Assembly: GCA_046052705.1 (NCBI GenBank)
Contig: JBJOLU010000227.1
Location: 1-62,894 of the forward strand
Direction: 5' to 3'
From: Bacteroidota bacterium
GTDB taxonomy: Bacteria > Bacteroidota > Ignavibacteria > Kapaibacteriales > NICIL-2
DNA length: 62,894 nt
How positions within the stretch are numbered: position 1 is the first letter of the stretch; the number at the start of each line of letters is the position of its first letter. Shown here piece after piece: positions 59,207 through 62,894 of this stretch. The notes below the pieces were generated by a model. The model did no database searches. It was not told the origin of the DNA and was given only the letters and a program-made list of their open reading frames with translations. A program made the translations under genes and the position numbers.

Positions 59207-62200
59207 AGCCACCCGCAGTTCTTCAGCCTGACGTGCGATCTCTGCGATGATGAGTTTCGCACGATCAATCTCTTGCCTCTTTTCTGCTCCCGTCATATTC
59301 GGATTGGCCGTGATGATGCTGATGTACTTCCGCATCCTCGACATGTCATCCGATGCTTTATCGTAGAACTTAGCCAGCTTGATCTTATCGGCCTGGTCGA
59401 TGGCGATCTTCTGCGCTTTCTCAATTTCTCCCAGTGTTGCATAGTGGCGCATGTCCGCCATGGCTTGTTGAATCTTCTGGTTATTGTCGTAGAACGAAGT
59501 AACAAACTTCGATTGAGTCGCCGGAAGTTCTTTGACGAAACCCATTGAGAACGTATCCGCGTACTTCATGTCTGGATACGCGCCCTTGGAGAACGGCATC
59601 GCTGCGTAATGGGCTGTGGAGGTAGCCATGGCTCCCAGCCATCCAAAGTATCCCTTGATGAGATATTCAATCTGGACGGGAGACAGTTCCGCTTTCTCCG
59701 TGGTCACGGTTGCGATGGCCTTACTTACCCCGCCAAGCCCTTTGCCGATCCAAGAAGTCGAATCTGCAACACGTTCTTGTTTGGACAATTTCTCCATGCC
59801 CGCCGTTTCAATCGGCGCACCGGTAAAGCTGTCTTTGTTGGCGTAGATATCTAGAACAGGCTTGAACATCTGCGGGATAGGATTAATCGCAAAGGTATCG
59901 GATAGCATCCGTGTCATCGCCTCACCGAACACTTTGCCTTCTGCCCCTTGATCGACAATCTGCTCCAGCGATCTTTCGACCAACGTCCCGAACGCACCCA
60001 GTTCGAACGGTTTGGGGATACGGAAGGCATGTTCCATCCCAGGGAATTTTATCCACCAGAAGTTGTCACGGTCCCACTGTTCGCGCTTCTTGAACTCTTC
60101 GTCATCCTTAAAGGCATAGTACAACGCGGCAGAGGCCAAACCTACTCCGGCCAGAACAATCGCAAATCTTTCGCCCTTTTTCTTGTCGGACTCACTGATT
60201 TCTTTGCCCGTCAGACTGCTGTAAATGAGCCTATAGGTCGGAGTAATCCCGTCACGACCCAATTTGTACAGCCCTTGGACTCGCGCATTCAAGAACGGAA
60301 TCACCATCGTCAAACGACGGAATGCCGGGAACGAACCATGCAGGGTGAAATCCATCAGGTCTTTGGCATGGAACGACGCTTCCAAGTGCGACATCCCTTT
60401 GGCTCGGGCCTGTTGATAGATCGCCAGACGGTTGGCGTTTTCCATCTTGTTGCCCCACTCTTCGTACTTGTTGTACAGGTACTTGAGCCCGTTCTTGATC
60501 TTCTCTGGGGAGTCCAGAATGGTATTGTCTGGGACACCGGCTTTGACGAGACGCTTGATATTCTCGGACATCCCGCCTTCCATCGCGGCCCCGAACTTCA
60601 TCATGCCACCACCCGCCAAGGCGCCGATGTAATTCGGGTCTTTCGGGTCGTAGAAGTTCATGCCTTCGATAGCATTCATCACCGGGTTCTTTTTGATGTC
60701 TGCGATCGAGATAGCCGACACCGAATCGCGGATCAAGTTACGAACCCGGAATGCTGGAGAAATGGTCACGCCGAACTGAAGCATGTTCTTGAAGTTCTTG
60801 GCGACATCCAGCCACTTTCCTTGTGGCCCTAACCAGGTGATGCCAGCGATGGAATCCAAGAGGAGCGGATCATTAACTTCGTAGTACACCGGCATCCCGT
60901 CTTTGATTACGCTGACTGTGCCTGGCTTCTTGGTTGTGTGCCCCGGCAACAACTTACCGAGTACTTCTCTGCCATCTTTCGTTACCTTGTAGACAAGCCC
61001 GTTTTCGTACTCATACTGCGCTTTCATACTTGGACGCACTACATCCAGCTTTGACTGCTCAGCGGCCTGCAATACTTTGGTAGCTGCGATGTTCTTCATC
61101 GAAGCTGAAAGGATGTGAGACCAGTTCTGTACGATGTTCTGCATCAGATCGCCAAAGGCCAACTCTTTATTGCCCTTCAATTCTTTGCTGAAGAATTGAT
61201 CGGTCAGCTTCTCCCCCGACGTGGGAACGAGTTCGCCTTCCTCTGTGATCTTGTACATAGGAACGTAGTACAAGTCGCTGCTGAATCTTTTGTATCCTTC
61301 TTTGTCGATGATTCCTGCTTCCTTGGCAACATCAAGCACGGACTTGTTTAGCGCGTTCATCTTGCGCCGCACTTCGTTGTAGACCTCTGCACGCGGCCGA
61401 CCGCCTACATCGCCTTCAATCATTTCATCCTTAGCCTGCAACGCCTGGCTGGAGAATGAACGCTTTTCTTCTGGCAGATTTGCATCACGGCTCATCGCCA
61501 TCCAGACCAAGAACCGATCAACCTCTTTCCCTAAAGGTCTGAACGCTTCGTAAAGTCCTTCCGTGTTGGGTTTGATATTCAGCGCACCGCCGTCATTGAA
61601 CACCTGTCCATGAAACAGAAGCCCTTCCACTGCACCATCCACGGTGTTGGACATCCGCGCCAGCATGTATCCTTCGTCGCTGTACTTTTTGATCGCGCGA
61701 TACTTATCTAAGAATCCTTGTGCCATGCGCTCCCAGAATTTTTCACGCATGGAATTGATGCGATCGACTACGGTCTCTGGCTTAGGATTAAATCGACGCT
61801 GGATTTCCGCTTTGAGAGCATCGCTCTTAATGTCGCTGAACGATTCTGTTTCGATCTTTTCTTTCGGCGGCAGAACTTTGGCTTCGACCTTCCGGGCGAT
61901 TTCTTCTACTTTGCCCGGAGCACGGAGGCTCTTTGCCTCGCTTGTTGCGCGCCGCTCACCCGTTTTCAACTCACCGCGCTCAACCTTGCCGAAAATTTGT
62001 TCCGGCGATTCCACCTTGGTGAGCGCCGACTTGATTGCTTGGAACAGATTACGCAAGCGCGTCAGCAACGACTGGATCAATCCTGACGGAGCTTTCTTGG
62101 CATCGAAGTCAGCGAAAGCATCGGCCACCGCTTCTTCGGTGATCTTCTCCATGTCGCCGTTGTACTCACGCATGTAGGCGTCGTAGCGAGACTCTTCTCC

Positions 62201-62894
62201 GGCTCTCAGTGGCTTTCCATCTACGTCACGTTGCTTCAGATACTGGTCAATCCACTTGTCCTTAGCCATCTTGGACAGCGTTTTCCACTGGGCATCGGTG
62301 AAGAAGCCTAGCTCCCGGAGAGCATGGATAGCTTCATGGCGCAGATCACGGATGGGGTTGGCAGAGTCCGACGCGATCTTGATAAGTTGCTGTGCGTAGG
62401 AGCCTGCTTCCTTCAAGCCATCCACAAGGTTCAGACCAACATCTTTCAGGCCGAACTTGTTGAGCGTGGTGCGGAGGGTTTGTTCGAAGTCTGCGACTTG
62501 TTGTGCACGCTCTCCACCGAGGGATTTCTTTTCTTTCGGTTGAATTGGCTTGAGAAATGGAGCTGGAACTGCGGGCTGTTGTCCAAATAGATATTCCTGC
62601 ATCGATGCAATACTTGCCGGAGGGATGGTTCCTCCTTTTCCCGGTGTTTCACTTTTGAATGCCTGTGAGTTGAACCGGTCGCCTCTTGATTCTGCTTCGG
62701 CAATGGCATTGTCAATGAGCCACTGTGTTGCGTATTTTTCGCTTTTCTGTTTTGGGTATGGCGTCGTAAATCTGCCTGAAGAAGTAGAAAACACATCCCC
62801 GCCACGAATAGGCTGTTTATCCACAGGCCGTCCCTCGTAATCAAGTACCCGAGGTTCAAGAGCTTGTTGGACTTCTGGAGCTTTCCGCTCAATA
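59195..62894 (-). CDS. C-terminal part of the wrap-around ~1901-aa virion protein (unique portion 59195..62773 = 1192 aa + stop; track ORF 59195..62824 starts at an internal GTG)
   Basis: Frame remains open upstream of 62824 to the window end and joins 1..2127. It is large, helical and polyvalent-protein-like. Its stop overlaps the convergent gene 58940..59206 by 12 nt. Confidence 0.8.
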   Translation of the reverse strand, partial: IERKAPEVQQALEPRVLDYEGRPVDKQPIRGGDVFSTSSGRFTTPYPKQKSEKYATQWLIDNAIAEAESRGDRFNSQAFKSETPGKGGTIPPASIASMQEYLFGQQPAVPAPFLKPIQPKEKKSLGGERAQQVADFEQTLRTTLNKFGLKDVGLNLVDGLKEAGSYAQQLIKIASDSANPIRDLRHEAIHALRELGFFTDAQWKTLSKMAKDKWIDQYLKQRDVDGKPLRAGEESRYDAYMREYNGDMEKITEEAVADAFADFDAKKAPSGLIQSLLTRLRNLFQAIKSALTKVESPEQIFGKVERGELKTGERRATSEAKSLRAPGKVEEIARKVEAKVLPPKEKIETESFSDIKSDALKAEIQRRFNPKPETVVDRINSMREKFWERMAQGFLDKYRAIKKYSDEGYMLARMSNTVDGAVEGLLFHGQVFNDGGALNIKPNTEGLYEAFRPLGKEVDRFLVWMAMSRDANLPEEKRSFSSQALQAKDEMIEGDVGGRPRAEVYNEVRRKMNALNKSVLDVAKEAGIIDKEGYKRFSSDLYYVPMYKITEEGELVPTSGEKLTDQFFSKELKGNKELAFGDLMQNIVQNWSHILSASMKNIAATKVLQAAEQSKLDVVRPSMKAQYEYENGLVYKVTKDGREVLGKLLPGHTTKKPGTVSVIKDGMPVYYEVNDPLLLDSIAGITWLGPQGKWLDVAKNFKNMLQFGVTISPAFRVRNLIRDSVSAISIADIKKNPVMNAIEGMNFYDPKDPNYIGALAGGGMMKFGAAMEGGMSENIKRLVKAGVPDNTILDSPEKIKNGLKYLYNKYEEWGNKMENANRLAIYQQARAKGMSHLEASFHAKDLMDFTLHGSFPAFRRLTMVIPFLNARVQGLYKLGRDGITPTYRLIYSSLTGKEISESDKKKGERFAIVLAGVGLASAALYYAFKDDEEFKKREQWDRDNFWWIKFPGMEHAFRIPKPFELGAFGTLVERSLEQIVDQGAEGKVFGEAMTRMLSDTFAINPIPQMFKPVLDIYANKDSFTGAPIETAGMEKLSKQERVADSTSWIGKGLGGVSKAIATVTTEKAELSPVQIEYLIKGYFGWLGAMATSTAHYAAMPFSKGAYPDMKYADTFSMGFVKELPATQSKFVTSFYDNNQKIQQAMADMRHYATLGEIEKAQKIAIDQADKIKLAKFYDKASDDMSRMRKYISIITANPNMTGAEKRQEIDRAKLIIAEIARQAEELRVALKE
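62774..62894. repeat. Terminal direct duplication, copy 2 (identical to 1..121)
   Basis: Direct comparison. Confidence 0.95.

Noticed and set aside
1-62894. Searched by eye for CRISPR arrays, rRNA, integrase/excisionase, CI/Cro-type repressors, DNA polymerase, reverse transcriptase, and toxin-antitoxin pairs next to the RHH gene
   Set aside because: None found. The ORF downstream of the RHH gene does not resemble any toxin family I know. Absence is by motif inspection only and should be confirmed with HMM searches.

Overview
The window is a complete, circularly closed dsDNA tailed-phage genome. Bases 1-121 are repeated exactly at 62774-62894 (unique length 62,773 bp), and one ORF of about 1,901 codons reads in frame across that join. 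Gene content looks podovirus-like, with no tape-measure, tube or sheath genes recognised. The host is probably a Gram-negative proteobacterium, judging from the H-NS-type protein, the GH108 endolysin and a lipobox lipoprotein.

Layout:
(i) 59195-62894, 1-37139 and 37465-38190, minus strand: packaging, head, tail, lysis and internal-virion module. It runs TerS, a repeat-rich non-coding spacer, TerL carrying an intein, portal, scaffold and major capsid. These are followed by a glycosyltransferase, a cluster of Lys-rich mini-proteins, two modular tail fibres, holin plus endolysin, and four very large virion proteins.
(ii) 38314-40968, plus strand: an early operon bounded by a promoter and a terminator, containing ArdA.
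(iii) 41073-51241, minus strand: Toprim primase, SF2 helicase, a SAM methyltransferase and about 35 small ORFs, including paralogue families.
(iv) 51242-53430: an almost ORF-free island of about 2.2 kb. It holds tRNA-Thr(UGU), a tRNA-like element, two paralogous structured-RNA candidates that show compensatory base changes, interleaved long inverted repeats, iteron-like repeats and a Cys-rich secreted mini-peptide gene. This island is the part I would look at first.
(v) 53990-59206, plus strand: Cas4-like exonuclease, Erf, SSB, an RHH protein, an H-NS-like protein and a Ref/HNH-like nuclease.

Three homing-endonuclease classes are present: LAGLIDADG in the intein, GIY-YIG and HNH. I saw no integrase, repressor, DNA polymerase, rRNA or CRISPR array. 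All family names come from motifs recognised by eye, since no database search was possible. Starts marked as trimmed were chosen from SD sequences and start/stop overlaps.
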